From an uncultured delta proteobacterium (GTDB taxonomy: Bacteria; Desulfobacterota; Binatia; UBA9968), in NCBI GenBank assembly GCA_963745835.1, contig CAVUZH010000003.1, positions 480,001-544,000 of the forward strand: a DNA stretch of 64,000 nt, given 5' to 3'. The notes under the pieces were generated by a model. That model ran no database searches. It had not been told where the DNA came from and saw only the letters and a program-made list of their open reading frames with translations. Numbering within the stretch: the first letter of the stretch is position 1; each line of letters starts with the position of its first letter. The position numbers and the translations under genes are program-made. Below are positions 29,203-39,251 of the stretch, in pieces.

Positions 29203-30228
29203 ATGGCTAAACACTTGGCGAGTGTCATAACACTGACTCTTGCTATAACTCTAAACTTTTCGACATCCGCGTTTTCACAAGAGTCGTTCTATAAAGACAA
29301 GGTCATCAGGATCGTTGTCGCCACTGCAGCGGGCGGCGGCTATGATCTCTACACCCGGACCATGGCCCGGCACTTGCGCAAATATATTCCGGGAGAGCCG
29401 ACGATTGTTGTTGAGAACATGCCTGGAGCAGGCCACCTGATCGGGGCAAACTATGTGTACAAGGTCGCTAAGCCCGACGGTCTGACGATCGGTCATTTCA
29501 TCGGTTCATTGTTTCTGCAGCAGCTTCTCGGTAAGCCAGGCGTCGAATTTGACGCCCTGAAGTTTAATTTCATCGGAGTTCCCGCTCAGGACAGCTACAT
29601 GATCGGTTTGTCAAAGACGACCGGCATTACCAGTATGGAACAGTGGCTGGCGTCAAAGAGAATTCTTAAAATCGGCGGCATAGGGGCCGGCTCTGCCACG
29701 GACGATATCCCGAAAGTGCTCGCGGCTACTATCGGTCTCCCTCTCCAAGTCGTGGCTGGTTACAAGGGTACGTCGGAAGTTCGACTGGCCTTCAATTCGG
29801 GAGAGATCGAGGGAATCTGCAACGCATGGGAATCCTTTAAATCGACATGGCGCAAGGAGATGGATGCAAACGAAGTGGCTCTGGTTCTTCAGGCTATTCC
29901 AACGCGTCATCCGGATGTTCCGAACGTGCCTTTGGCTATCGATTATGCCAAGACAGACGAAGCGAAAAGGATGATTCGATCGGTCATCCATACAATCGCC
30001 CCGACAGTACGGCCTTATGTCTTGCCTCCCGGTACACCAAAGGACCGCGTCGAAATGTTGCGTCGGGCTTTTATGAGCACGATGAAGGATCAGGAGTTCC
30101 TTGCCGAGGCGGCTAAAGCGAAGCTCGATATAAATCCACTAGATGGGGCAACACTGGAGGCGAATGTTAGAGAGGTCTTCAATCTCGATGCTGCACTGAT
30201 ACCTCGTTTGAAGGAAATTCTGAAATAA
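29203..30228 (+). CDS. TctC/Bug substrate-binding protein
   Basis: FYKDKVIRIVVATAAGGGYD, ENMPGAG and GYKGT motifs. Confidence 0.92.
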   Translation: MAKHLASVITLTLAITLNFSTSAFSQESFYKDKVIRIVVATAAGGGYDLYTRTMARHLRKYIPGEPTIVVENMPGAGHLIGANYVYKVAKPDGLTIGHFIGSLFLQQLLGKPGVEFDALKFNFIGVPAQDSYMIGLSKTTGITSMEQWLASKRILKIGGIGAGSATDDIPKVLAATIGLPLQVVAGYKGTSEVRLAFNSGEIEGICNAWESFKSTWRKEMDANEVALVLQAIPTRHPDVPNVPLAIDYAKTDEAKRMIRSVIHTIAPTVRPYVLPPGTPKDRVEMLRRAFMSTMKDQEFLAEAAKAKLDINPLDGATLEANVREVFNLDAALIPRLKEILK

Positions 30229-30265
30229 CAGTCTTTCGCCGTTTGCTGAATGAACGAGGTCCAGC

Positions 30266-31285
30266 GTGACGGATTCTACAAGGGTTCCCGAGGGTCTAAG
30301 ATCGGTGAGTGAATTGATACTGCGCAGCTATTGGCATCCGGTGGCGACGAGCAGTGAACTTCGCAATGCTCCGCTTGCCGCATCTTTACTTGGTGAGCAA
30401 ATCGTCGTTTGGCGGACGAAAGATAAGGTAGCGGCATTTCGGGACTTATGCATTCACCGAGGAACTGCTCTATCGCTGGGCTGGATCCAAGACAATAATT
30501 TAGTTTGTCCTTATCATGGCTGGACCTACGCCCCCGATGGCAATTGCGTGCGGATTCCCTCTTTACCGGCGGGACACGCAATTCCTGCCAAGGCTCGCGC
30601 CACCGCGTATTTAAACGCGCGTGAACGTTACGGCTTAGTCTGGGTGTGTCTAGCAGAGCCGAAAGCACCTATTCCCGAGATTGCAGAACTCGAAGATCCG
30701 AATTATCACACGTTTTTTCATTCCACTGAAATGTGGGAAACCAGCGCGGCGCGTATGATCGAAAACTTTATTGACACTTCCCACTTTCCTTATGTTCATC
30801 CTGGTATCAATGCTACTCCTGATGATCCGGTGATCCCTGAGTTCGAAGTGAAGCAGAACGGTTTCGAGCTAAGTTTTGAGACCAAGTTTACTGCTCCTCC
30901 GAGCGGGGCATTCCGAGGGCCTTCCGCATTAGCGTCTTACAGTGCATTTACCGAGGGAAGGCGTCAGTACAGGGTTATCCTACCATTCACCGCCCAGGCT
31001 ATTCGTCCAATGGAGGGAGCCCGGCGTCAGCTGGTATCGATCATCGCCTCGCCTATTTCGGCAAAGCGCATGCGCTACTACACGTTCTCTTCCCGCAACT
31101 TTGCATTGGACCAACCGGATGATGCGTTTCGAGAACTCATACAAGTTATTTTTGCGCAGGACCGCAAAATCGTCGAAAGCCAGCGCCCTGAAGAGTTGCC
31201 TTTGGACTTAACCGAGGAACTACATCTCAAGGGACCGGATGCTGGAACTCTTAAGTACCGCCGGATGCTAAGGGACTTACTGTAG
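30266..31285 (+). CDS. Rieske non-heme iron oxygenase alpha subunit (VanA/NdmA-like demethylase group)
   Basis: DLCIHRG..CPYHGW Rieske motif, ENFIDTSHFPYVH Fe site and AQDRKIVESQRPEELPLD. Confidence 0.92.
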   Translation: MTDSTRVPEGLRSVSELILRSYWHPVATSSELRNAPLAASLLGEQIVVWRTKDKVAAFRDLCIHRGTALSLGWIQDNNLVCPYHGWTYAPDGNCVRIPSLPAGHAIPAKARATAYLNARERYGLVWVCLAEPKAPIPEIAELEDPNYHTFFHSTEMWETSAARMIENFIDTSHFPYVHPGINATPDDPVIPEFEVKQNGFELSFETKFTAPPSGAFRGPSALASYSAFTEGRRQYRVILPFTAQAIRPMEGARRQLVSIIASPISAKRMRYYTFSSRNFALDQPDDAFRELIQVIFAQDRKIVESQRPEELPLDLTEELHLKGPDAGTLKYRRMLRDLL

Positions 31286-31368
31286 AGAAGCGTTGTCACT
31301 TAGCGCTTTTTCGATCCTCATCGGACATTCAGCTTCAGGAAACCAAGTTGCCTCTCACTTCGGCACCA

Positions 31369-33636
31369 TCATGCTTTCTTCTGCATTGCCGCCAGCACGC
31401 GCTTAGGAGTGAACGGTCCTTCTCTTAAGCGCGCTCCTACGGCATCGAAGATCGCGTTGGCGATTGCGGCTGCCGGTGGAATCGTCGCTCCTTCGCCGGC
31501 GCCCAGAGGTTGCATCTCCGTTCGATTGATCAGAACGATTTCGAGCTCCGGCACATCGGGAAAGCGCAGGATCGGATATGACCCCCAATCGAGGCTGGTC
31601 ACGCCATTGGCGTCATAGGTGACCTCTTCATAGAGCGCGCGGCTGACTCCTTGAATTATGTTGCCTTCGACCTGGTTCTTGACCCCATCGGGGTTGATCA
31701 TCAGACCGCAGTCATGGGAGCAGACGATGCGCTTGACCGCCACTTCACCAGTGCTCTTGTTGACCTCCACCTCCGCGACTGCCGCGACGTACGTTGCGGC
31801 GCGCTGCGTCAGCGCAATACCGCGTCCCTTTGCGATGTTGCCGTTCGCCGCCGCCGGAGAGGGCCGCTTCTGCCAGTTCGCCTTATCGGCGGCGGCTTGG
31901 AGGCATTCGATGGCGCGCTTGTTACCGGATAAATTCTTGAGCCTGAATTCCACCGGGTCGAGTTTCAAATCGGCGGCGATTTCGTCGAGAAAACCTTCGC
32001 TCGCAAAGCAGCGCGCTACGTCGCCTGGCGCGCGCAGGTTGCTGGTGCGCAAGGGGATCGGTTCGGGAAAGTGCCAGTTAACCAGGTGAGCAAGAATTCG
32101 CTGGTTGGGCACAGCGTAAATTTCGCCGCCGCTTTGGCTACCGTTGTTGCCACCGGGATTCGTCGGTTGCATTCCGACCTGCAGCGATGCGAGCAGCGGC
32201 GTCGACCCCGACGCCGTCCATGGCTGGCCGTAATCGGTGAAATCCCAGGCGACAAGCCGGCCTTCGCCGTCAATCGCTGCTTTGGCTTCGTCGAGTTGTG
32301 CTGGACCCTTGGGCTCCCAACCATGTTCATCATGCCTTGACCACTGCACGCGCACAGGCGCGCCGACGGCGCGTGACAACAACGCCGCATCTTCGGCGCC
32401 GTCATCGGTGCTCATGCGGCCGTACGATCCCGACGCTTCGTGGTAGATGATGCGCACGTTCTGCTCCGGGATACCGAGGAGTTTCGCCACGGTGCTGCGC
32501 GTTCTGAACGGCCCCTGCGGGCCGGACCAGATGGTCGCCTTATCGCCTTTGACATCAGCTATGGCGCAGGAAGGGCCGATCATCCCATGCATTTGAAACG
32601 GCCAGCGGAAGCTTCCCTGGTAGGTCTTTTGCGCCTTTGCCAGCGCATCGGTTGCATTACCTTTATCGATGGCTTTGGTCGTGCGCACCGGCTTGGTGTT
32701 TTTCAAATAGGCAAAAACTTCGTCCGGGGTTGCCGGCACTTTACTCGTCGGCTTGGACCAGGTGACTTTTAGAGTTTGCGACGCTTTGATCGCGGCCCAT
32801 TCGGTTTTGGCAACCACGCCGACGAATTTCCCCTCCCGCGCGATCATGACCACGCCTGGAATTCCCTTGATGGAATCATTATCGATGCTCACGGGCTCGG
32901 TGTTGATCACGGGAGGGCGCACGACTCTGCCGTGCAGCATGTTCGGAATGCGCACGTCATGAATGTAGTCATGCTCACCGGTGACCTTCGCCGGCAACTC
33001 GACACGTTTGACCGACTGGCCGACCACTTTGTATTGCTTGGGGTCCTTGGCCTTCACCTCCGGCGCGACTTTCATGTCCCAGCCGGTGCCCGTCGCGGTG
33101 ATTTTGGTATTGAATTTTTTGCCGCCGATCAGCTGGCCGTAGGAAACTTTCTTTCCGGGCGCGCCGGCAACACTCACCACGCCTTCGGTGACCGTCAACC
33201 TTTCCACCGGCGTGTTAAGGCGCACCCCTGCAAGCTTGAGTAATTCCTGGCGCGCGGCGGCGGCCGCCTGGCGGACCTGCGGCCCGGCGCGCTCGATAGT
33301 CCGGCTGCCGACGGTGGATCCCTGCTCAATCGATGTAGACGTGTCGCCCTGCACCATTTGTATTTTGGCAAAAGGGACGTCGAGCTCTTCGGCCACGATC
33401 TGCGCGAGAGCGGTGATCGTGCCGGTGCCGAGTTCCACTTTGCTGGTGTAGAAAGTAACCAACCCGTCCGGAGTGATGGCGAGCCAGGAATCGAGAGAAG
33501 TCGGATCGATGTCGCCGGATGGAAGGGTGGCGAACTGGGCCAGGGCTTTGCGCGCTGGGCTGAATAAATTGAAGCTGACGACGAGAGCGCCGGTGGTTTT
33601 GAGAAATTGCCTGCGAGTGATCTCCATGGTTTTCAT
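31369..33636 (-). CDS. Xanthine-dehydrogenase-family molybdopterin-binding subunit (IorB-like), Tat-exported
   Basis: TRRQFLK Tat motif; KVELGTG, HGRVVRPP, HDCGLMINPDG..QVEG and GAGE motifs. Confidence 0.92.
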   Translation of the reverse strand: MKTMEITRRQFLKTTGALVVSFNLFSPARKALAQFATLPSGDIDPTSLDSWLAITPDGLVTFYTSKVELGTGTITALAQIVAEELDVPFAKIQMVQGDTSTSIEQGSTVGSRTIERAGPQVRQAAAAARQELLKLAGVRLNTPVERLTVTEGVVSVAGAPGKKVSYGQLIGGKKFNTKITATGTGWDMKVAPEVKAKDPKQYKVVGQSVKRVELPAKVTGEHDYIHDVRIPNMLHGRVVRPPVINTEPVSIDNDSIKGIPGVVMIAREGKFVGVVAKTEWAAIKASQTLKVTWSKPTSKVPATPDEVFAYLKNTKPVRTTKAIDKGNATDALAKAQKTYQGSFRWPFQMHGMIGPSCAIADVKGDKATIWSGPQGPFRTRSTVAKLLGIPEQNVRIIYHEASGSYGRMSTDDGAEDAALLSRAVGAPVRVQWSRHDEHGWEPKGPAQLDEAKAAIDGEGRLVAWDFTDYGQPWTASGSTPLLASLQVGMQPTNPGGNNGSQSGGEIYAVPNQRILAHLVNWHFPEPIPLRTSNLRAPGDVARCFASEGFLDEIAADLKLDPVEFRLKNLSGNKRAIECLQAAADKANWQKRPSPAAANGNIAKGRGIALTQRAATYVAAVAEVEVNKSTGEVAVKRIVCSHDCGLMINPDGVKNQVEGNIIQGVSRALYEEVTYDANGVTSLDWGSYPILRFPDVPELEIVLINRTEMQPLGAGEGATIPPAAAIANAIFDAVGARLREGPFTPKRVLAAMQKKA

Positions 33637-33652
33637 GTTCGTGGCTCCTGTA

Positions 33653-34117
33653 TTAAACTTTTTGGCCGGACGCCCGCTTTACCGCTCGTAGGATGCGGAT
33701 ATGGGTGCCGCACCGGCAAAGATTGCCGGCCAGCGCTTGCTTGATCTGCACGTCAGTGGGTTTAGGATTCGTATCGAGTAACGCCTTGGTCGTCATGATC
33801 ATACCGTTGATGCAGTAGCCGCATTGCGCGGCCTGCTCATCGACAAAGGCTTGCTGAATCTTGTGCAGTTTTTTGGTCGTGCCCAAACCTTCCAACGTGG
33901 TGACCGGCTTATTTTGGACTGCGCTGACCGGCGTGACACAGGAGCGAATGGCGTTGCCGTCCATAATCACCGTGCAAGCGCCGCACTGCGCCATGCCGCA
34001 GCCGAACTTCGGGCCGTTGAGTTCCAAGTCGTTGCGCAGGACGTAGAGCAGGGGAACATCGGGTTCCGTATCTACCACTCGTGCTTGTCCGTTTACTCTA
34101 AGTGAGATCTTGGGCAT
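33653..34117 (-). CDS. (2Fe-2S)-binding small subunit (IorA/CoxS-like)
   Basis: KFGCGMAQCGACTV, QCGYC and GNLCRCG motifs. Confidence 0.95.
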   Translation of the reverse strand: MPKISLRVNGQARVVDTEPDVPLLYVLRNDLELNGPKFGCGMAQCGACTVIMDGNAIRSCVTPVSAVQNKPVTTLEGLGTTKKLHKIQQAFVDEQAAQCGYCINGMIMTTKALLDTNPKPTDVQIKQALAGNLCRCGTHIRILRAVKRASGQKV

Positions 34118-34442
34118 GGCTGGCTCCTTTGAGTCGAAGGGCGTGTATGACTTTTTTTACGATAAGGGGCCGCAAAGTCAATATTTCACAAAGTCGATGG
34201 TGACGATTCAGATCAGGACGAGAGCGCTCAATCCGACGACTGCGAGTCGCGATTGCCCGCTGCGGTTTCGCGTTACGGAAAAATCACAACGGCTAGGAAC
34301 ACGAGGATGTTGGAGTTGAGTCATGAATTCGCGAATGCGATGAAGCTCCAAGAACTTCACCGCATACCATCAAATTTGCGGGGTGGCGATGACAGGCTCC
34401 CTCGCAGTGGCGGGGTGTCAGCGGTCGATAAGAAAACTATTT

Positions 34443-35711
34443 TCAGATTAGCTTGCGAATGTTGGCATCTTCTTTGACGAACGTCAGAAGCGCCATGCCG
34501 ACGATATAGGTCCCGGCCGCGATATAAAATGCCGGAGCAAAACCGTAATGCTGCATGACGTAGCCGATGATCAGCGTCCAGATCGGCCCGGAGATAAAGC
34601 CGACGAAATAGTAAATCGAAAATGCCGCGTCGGTGAGCTCCGGGGTGGCGAAGTCGGCGATCATGGTTTGCGTCAGCGCGCCCCGTGCTTGGACGAAGGC
34701 GCCGTAAAGAATCAGGTTGAGATAGAACAAAATGGTCAACGATTGGTGTTGGACCAGCCAAACCGTCATGACGGCGGATAATAGCAGGGTGAGTTGGGTG
34801 ATACCGCGCCGTTTACCGCTGCGATCGGAAAACCAGGCGATTGCCAGGGGTCCGACCAATCCCGCGCCTTGCATGAGCGTCAAGAGCAGCCCGCCACCCG
34901 ACGCGCTGACTCCGTATTGGGCCATGAAGAAAGGTACCAGGTAAGTCATGTTGACGCCGGTGCCGCGTCCCGCCGCGCCGGCCATGAGCACCAGTGATGT
35001 GAACACGATATTGCGATTCCTAAGGCACTGAATGTAGGCGTCGAAACCTGCTTTGGTTTTTGTTTTGCCGCCGGCGCTGTCCCTTGTGTTGCTATGATCG
35101 CTGACCCAGAAAAGCGTCAGTCCCATGAGCAAGCTCAGCGATCCGAAGATCACGAAAGCGCTGCGCCAGCCGATGTAAAGAAGCGCCAGTGACGCCGCCG
35201 CCGGTCCGATGAACGATCCGAGACTGCCCGCCGAGTGATGAAACGTGAGCGCCCAGCCGCGAGCTTTGGGATAATAGCGCGAGAGAATGCTCGAGCCGAG
35301 CGGATGCTGCGGACTCGAGCCGGCATCGATGGCGACGCGCGCCGCAACCAACTGCGGGTAGCTGCCGATGAAGTATTGCAACATTGCCGTTAGTCCGACC
35401 GCGATGTTACCGATCGCCAGCATGGTGGTGCGTTTGAAAAAAGCCGCGAGAAAACCATAGATGACTTGCAGCCCCTGGCCGACAAAGCTCGATAGAGCTG
35501 AAATGAAGCCCAGTCCGACCAGACCGAAGCCGAGCTCGGTCATCATCACCGGGAAGATCACCGAAGTGATGCTGTACTGGAGGTGATTCAAAACATGGCA
35601 ACCGCTGATCAGGCCGAGCGCCATGCGCTTTTGGCGCAGTGTAGTTTCGAGAGTCGGGGTTTCTGCCGAGGCGACGCTTGCGGTAACGACAGAGGTGGTT
35701 TGATCATTCAT
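34443..35711 (-). CDS. MFS transporter (FSR-like)
   Basis: About 12 TM segments; HVLNH, QHPLG..RGWAL and FSDRSGKR motifs. Confidence 0.9.
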   Translation of the reverse strand: MNDQTTSVVTASVASAETPTLETTLRQKRMALGLISGCHVLNHLQYSITSVIFPVMMTELGFGLVGLGFISALSSFVGQGLQVIYGFLAAFFKRTTMLAIGNIAVGLTAMLQYFIGSYPQLVAARVAIDAGSSPQHPLGSSILSRYYPKARGWALTFHHSAGSLGSFIGPAAASLALLYIGWRSAFVIFGSLSLLMGLTLFWVSDHSNTRDSAGGKTKTKAGFDAYIQCLRNRNIVFTSLVLMAGAAGRGTGVNMTYLVPFFMAQYGVSASGGGLLLTLMQGAGLVGPLAIAWFSDRSGKRRGITQLTLLLSAVMTVWLVQHQSLTILFYLNLILYGAFVQARGALTQTMIADFATPELTDAAFSIYYFVGFISGPIWTLIIGYVMQHYGFAPAFYIAAGTYIVGMALLTFVKEDANIRKLI

Positions 35712-36110
35712 CCCGAATTCCGCACTTCAGGGGGACACAGCGATCAAGGGACGAACCCTCCGGAACGAAGGCAATAGGTCTGTGGCTGATAGTGGCTTGC
35801 AAGCTCCTGAGCTTTAGCGGACGCTTGAAAAAATTGCCAGCCCAGGGCCAAGCACCATAGACGGCTTTGAGATTGTTCGCTTCTGTGCCTTCGCTCCTCC
35901 GCGCTCGCCCCTCGATCACTCTGCAGGTATCCGTCTCTACTGCGAAATCCGGGTTCATGCCAGTAAGTGTCGAATATTGGGAGCATGGAGTATTGACAAT
36001 CAGGTGTATAAGTTGATGAGCGCCGCGTCAAACGCGGTGTTCGGACAGAGGAAATTGCCGAGACGATCCGCTGTGGTTGCCGGCGGGATTTCGCACAATC
36101 GAATTGGATT

Positions 36111-37700
36111 TTATCCCGCTTTCTGAGGCCGTTGAGCCGGCTCAGCGGGCCTAGCGCCCGGCATGAGCAGACTGGGGATCACGCCGATCGCCATGAGCAC
36201 AAATCCGGTGAGAAAGGCGTACCAAAGGGCATTGCTGAGAATTGCGACAAGTCTCGGCAGCAGTTCCGGCGCGATCTGCATGCGCGTTGCCGGTTCCAAA
36301 AGATTTTGCGGATGAGCGAGCTTATCGAGCAATGCGCTCGAAAGTCCGCTACTGGAAAGCTTAGTTAAGCCACGCTGCATCTGGTGTAGCAGCACTGTTC
36401 CCATCAAGCTCACGGAGAATGCGCCGCCAAAAGTTCTGAACAGCATCAAGGTCGAAGTGGCCACGCCGATGCGCTGAGGTGAAACGGAATTCTGCACTGC
36501 CACTAGAGTTGTCAGATTGGCCATGCCCATGCCGGTGCCGATCAACGTAGCGCTTACAATCACCCAGGGGACCGTCAGTGCCGCTCCGAAAAGAACAAAG
36601 AAACTGTAGCCGACGGCCATTAGCAACATGCCGCTGGCGGCCACGGCCCGATAGCCGAAGCGATTGCTCGCTTGCCCGGCGACCAAGCTGCCCAACGTCC
36701 ACGCCATGCTCAGAAACAACAACACCATTCCGGCGCGGGAAGCGGTGAGACCGGTCACGCCTTGAAGGTAGAGCGGCAGATAACTGATGGCGCCGAACAC
36801 CCCCATCGCTGCAAGGGTCGCCACAGCGGTCGAGGTTTTATAAGAGCTCGAATGAAACAAGTCCAGCGGGATCACTGGTTCCGCGGCTCGGCGTTCGATG
36901 AAGTAGAATATTAGGAGAAAGATCAGCGCCAGAACAATAAGGCCGGCAAGGATCACATCGAGAGGCTGGTGCGAATGAGCGCTGTGGGATAGCGCGTAAA
37001 ACAGCAGCAACAACGCCGCCAGCAAGGCGAGCATGCCAGCGATATCGAGTTTATGCTCGCGCCGTTTGTGGACCGCCTCTTTGAGGCCAACGACAATCAA
37101 GCCGATGGCGATCGCGGTAATCGGTAAATTGACGAAAAATGCCCAACGCCAATGCCAATGCTCGACGATGATGCCGCCCGCGAGGGGGCCCAGGACCGAT
37201 GCGACACCCCAGATGCCGCTGATGATGCCCTGCATTCGAGCGCGCTCCTCGGGCTGGAACAAAATGCCGACGACGATGAATGACAGCGCGTAGATCGCGC
37301 CGCCGCCGAGACCCTGCACGGCGCGGAACAACACGAGCTGCTCCATGCTTTGCGCCGCGCCGCACAATACTGAGCCAACGACGAATAAGCCGATACCAAT
37401 AAGCATGAGCCTGCGCCGGCTGTAGAGATCGGAGAGCTTGCCGAAGAGCGGCGTTGTGAGCGCAGAGCTGAGCATGTAAATCGAGAATACCCAGCTATAG
37501 AATTCCAGGCCGCCGAGTTGGGCGACGATCGTCGGCATTGAAGTGGCGACGATGGTGGCATCGATGGCAAACAAAAAAATCACGAGCATGACGCCGGTCA
37601 CCGCCAGATTGCGCTTCGATCCGGCGCCTGCAAAAAATCCTTGAGGGTTGTTCACGTGGGTTGGTTCGGGTGGGTGTAAATCAAGTTCCTGCTTCATTGT
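36111..37700 (-). CDS. DHA2/MDR-family 14-TM MFS efflux transporter
   Basis: IDATIVATSMPTI, GKLSDLYSRR, RAVQGLGGG, WRWAFFVNLP and ERRAAEPVIPL motifs. Confidence 0.93.
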   Translation of the reverse strand, partial: TMKQELDLHPPEPTHVNNPQGFFAGAGSKRNLAVTGVMLVIFLFAIDATIVATSMPTIVAQLGGLEFYSWVFSIYMLSSALTTPLFGKLSDLYSRRRLMLIGIGLFVVGSVLCGAAQSMEQLVLFRAVQGLGGGAIYALSFIVVGILFQPEERARMQGIISGIWGVASVLGPLAGGIIVEHWHWRWAFFVNLPITAIAIGLIVVGLKEAVHKRREHKLDIAGMLALLAALLLLFYALSHSAHSHQPLDVILAGLIVLALIFLLIFYFIERRAAEPVIPLDLFHSSSYKTSTAVATLAAMGVFGAISYLPLYLQGVTGLTASRAGMVLLFLSMAWTLGSLVAGQASNRFGYRAVAASGMLLMAVGYSFFVLFGAALTVPWVIVSATLIGTGMGMANLTTLVAVQNSVSPQRIGVATSTLMLFRTFGGAFSVSLMGTVLLHQMQRGLTKLSSSGLSSALLDKLAHPQNLLEPATRMQIAPELLPRLVAILSNALWYAFLTGFVLMAIGVIPSLLMPGARPAEPAQRPQKAG

Positions 37701-37880
37701 CATCGTTGAACCAGTCAATGAGAATAGTCAAGCAACCGTTGTTGCCGTGATGATGCCGCGGAGATCGTCAGCCGGAGCGTTCAGCGAAGCGCGAGCCCGG
37801 AGCCACTCTCGACTCCGCTGCGAACGAGCCGTCATGCAGCGACTTGCAGCGATTTCTGCGCGTCTTCGACCCTCCTGCGG

Positions 37881-38036
37881 CTAGCAGGTTGCTGAAAAAC
37901 TCTGGTCGCAGGCTGCTCAAAAAGATCCAAAGGCAAGGCGCGCGAAAAATCGAGAGCTAAGGCGTACTTACAGTACGTTGCAGCGAGGTGATTCGAGCGC
38001 AACGCTGCATATGGGTCTTTTTCAGTAGCCTGCTAG
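37881..38036. mobile_element. MITE family A, copy 3 (complete, CTAG-flanked)
   Basis: CTAGCAGGTTGCTGAAAAA ... TTTTTCAGTAGCCTGCTAG terminal inverted repeats, with a nested inner end GCAGGCTGCTCAAAAAG at 37908. Confidence 0.82.
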
Positions 38037-38442
38037 AGGGTATCCCAACGGTTTCGCAATCCGCAAGAAATATCTAACAGCTTCTCGAGCCGAGAAGCGC
38101 GCTGGACGTTTGACAAATGATTGGCGCCCAAGTGGAAAGTGATATCCACCGATATCCGCTATGCGCGGATAGACTAACAGCTGAAGGATGCAGTCCGAGA
38201 AACAACGCGCGTACGGAGCTCTAGAAGTAACGCTCCTCCAAATTCTGTTCAACGTTCAAGTTTGTTCAATGGCCAGCTCCATACATGACATCTGCGAGAG
38301 GGAAGGCGTGAACTGTTTAGAGTTTTCGGATGCAAGATCCTCAAGGTATTCTGGGGCCAACTTACCGTAAGAATATGGCGCTAGGCCGAAAGACACGGTT
38401 TTTTTCGAACCACGTCTCTCAGCCGTAGCGCAGCAGTCGATA

Positions 38443-39093
38443 TCAGGTCTTGCTTGCCGCGGTAGATGCCGCTTCGTATTCGGGCGTTCCCTTGGCCGGA
38501 ATTGTCCAGTAATAAACTGTGCTCCCGCCAGCGTTCAATGTCTGCTGCGGTTTCCAAGTGCCCATGTCGAAAGCGTGCGAGACAATACGGGTCCCTGGCT
38601 TTAGTTCAGATAACAGTTTTGGCAGCAATTTTAGATTGAGGCTAGGCAGTAAGTAGAGCGTAACGACGGTTGCCTCGCTGATATCCGCTTGAAACAAGTC
38701 CTCGTTGAGGAAACGCACGCGGTCGCCGACGCCGGCGGCCTTGTGATTAGCCTGAGCTTCCTTGATACGGTCGGGATTGATGTCGATGCCGACGGCGCGC
38801 GCCGCATTGTACTTCTGCACCGCCATGATCGGGATGCGCCCGTCGCCCGAACCTAAATCATAGACTACGTCCTCCTTGCCGACCTTGGCAACTTTGAGCA
38901 TCGCGTCCACGGTTTCAGCGGGTGTTGGAACGTACACGACATCGGGCGAGCGAAGCTGCTTCTCCGCGGTCGTGCCTTTCGGCGCGGACCCCGGCTGCTG
39001 GTCCTGGGCGCTTGCGTAAGAGCCATCAATTGAAAGTGCCAATGCGAGCACGTACGACAATTTAAGAATTTTCACCGATTCCTCCTTGTTCAT
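38443..39093 (-). CDS. Class I SAM-dependent methyltransferase with signal peptide
   Basis: PDVVYVPTP, YDLGSGDGRI, ATVVTLYLL and LKPGTRIVSHAF motifs. Confidence 0.9.
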   Translation of the reverse strand: MNKEESVKILKLSYVLALALSIDGSYASAQDQQPGSAPKGTTAEKQLRSPDVVYVPTPAETVDAMLKVAKVGKEDVVYDLGSGDGRIPIMAVQKYNAARAVGIDINPDRIKEAQANHKAAGVGDRVRFLNEDLFQADISEATVVTLYLLPSLNLKLLPKLLSELKPGTRIVSHAFDMGTWKPQQTLNAGGSTVYYWTIPAKGTPEYEAASTAASKT

Positions 39094-39251
39094 GTATGAC
39101 GTTGTTGAGCATTGAATCTAGACTGTGCCTCGGAGCTCATGAGAATATAACCTTAAAAGAAGAGTACCGATAGATTGTGCAGCTCTTTTTCACTTGCTGG
39201 GAAAATCTTGGAGAGATGGGTCTGCTGGTCCGAGGAGAATGCCGATCAACC

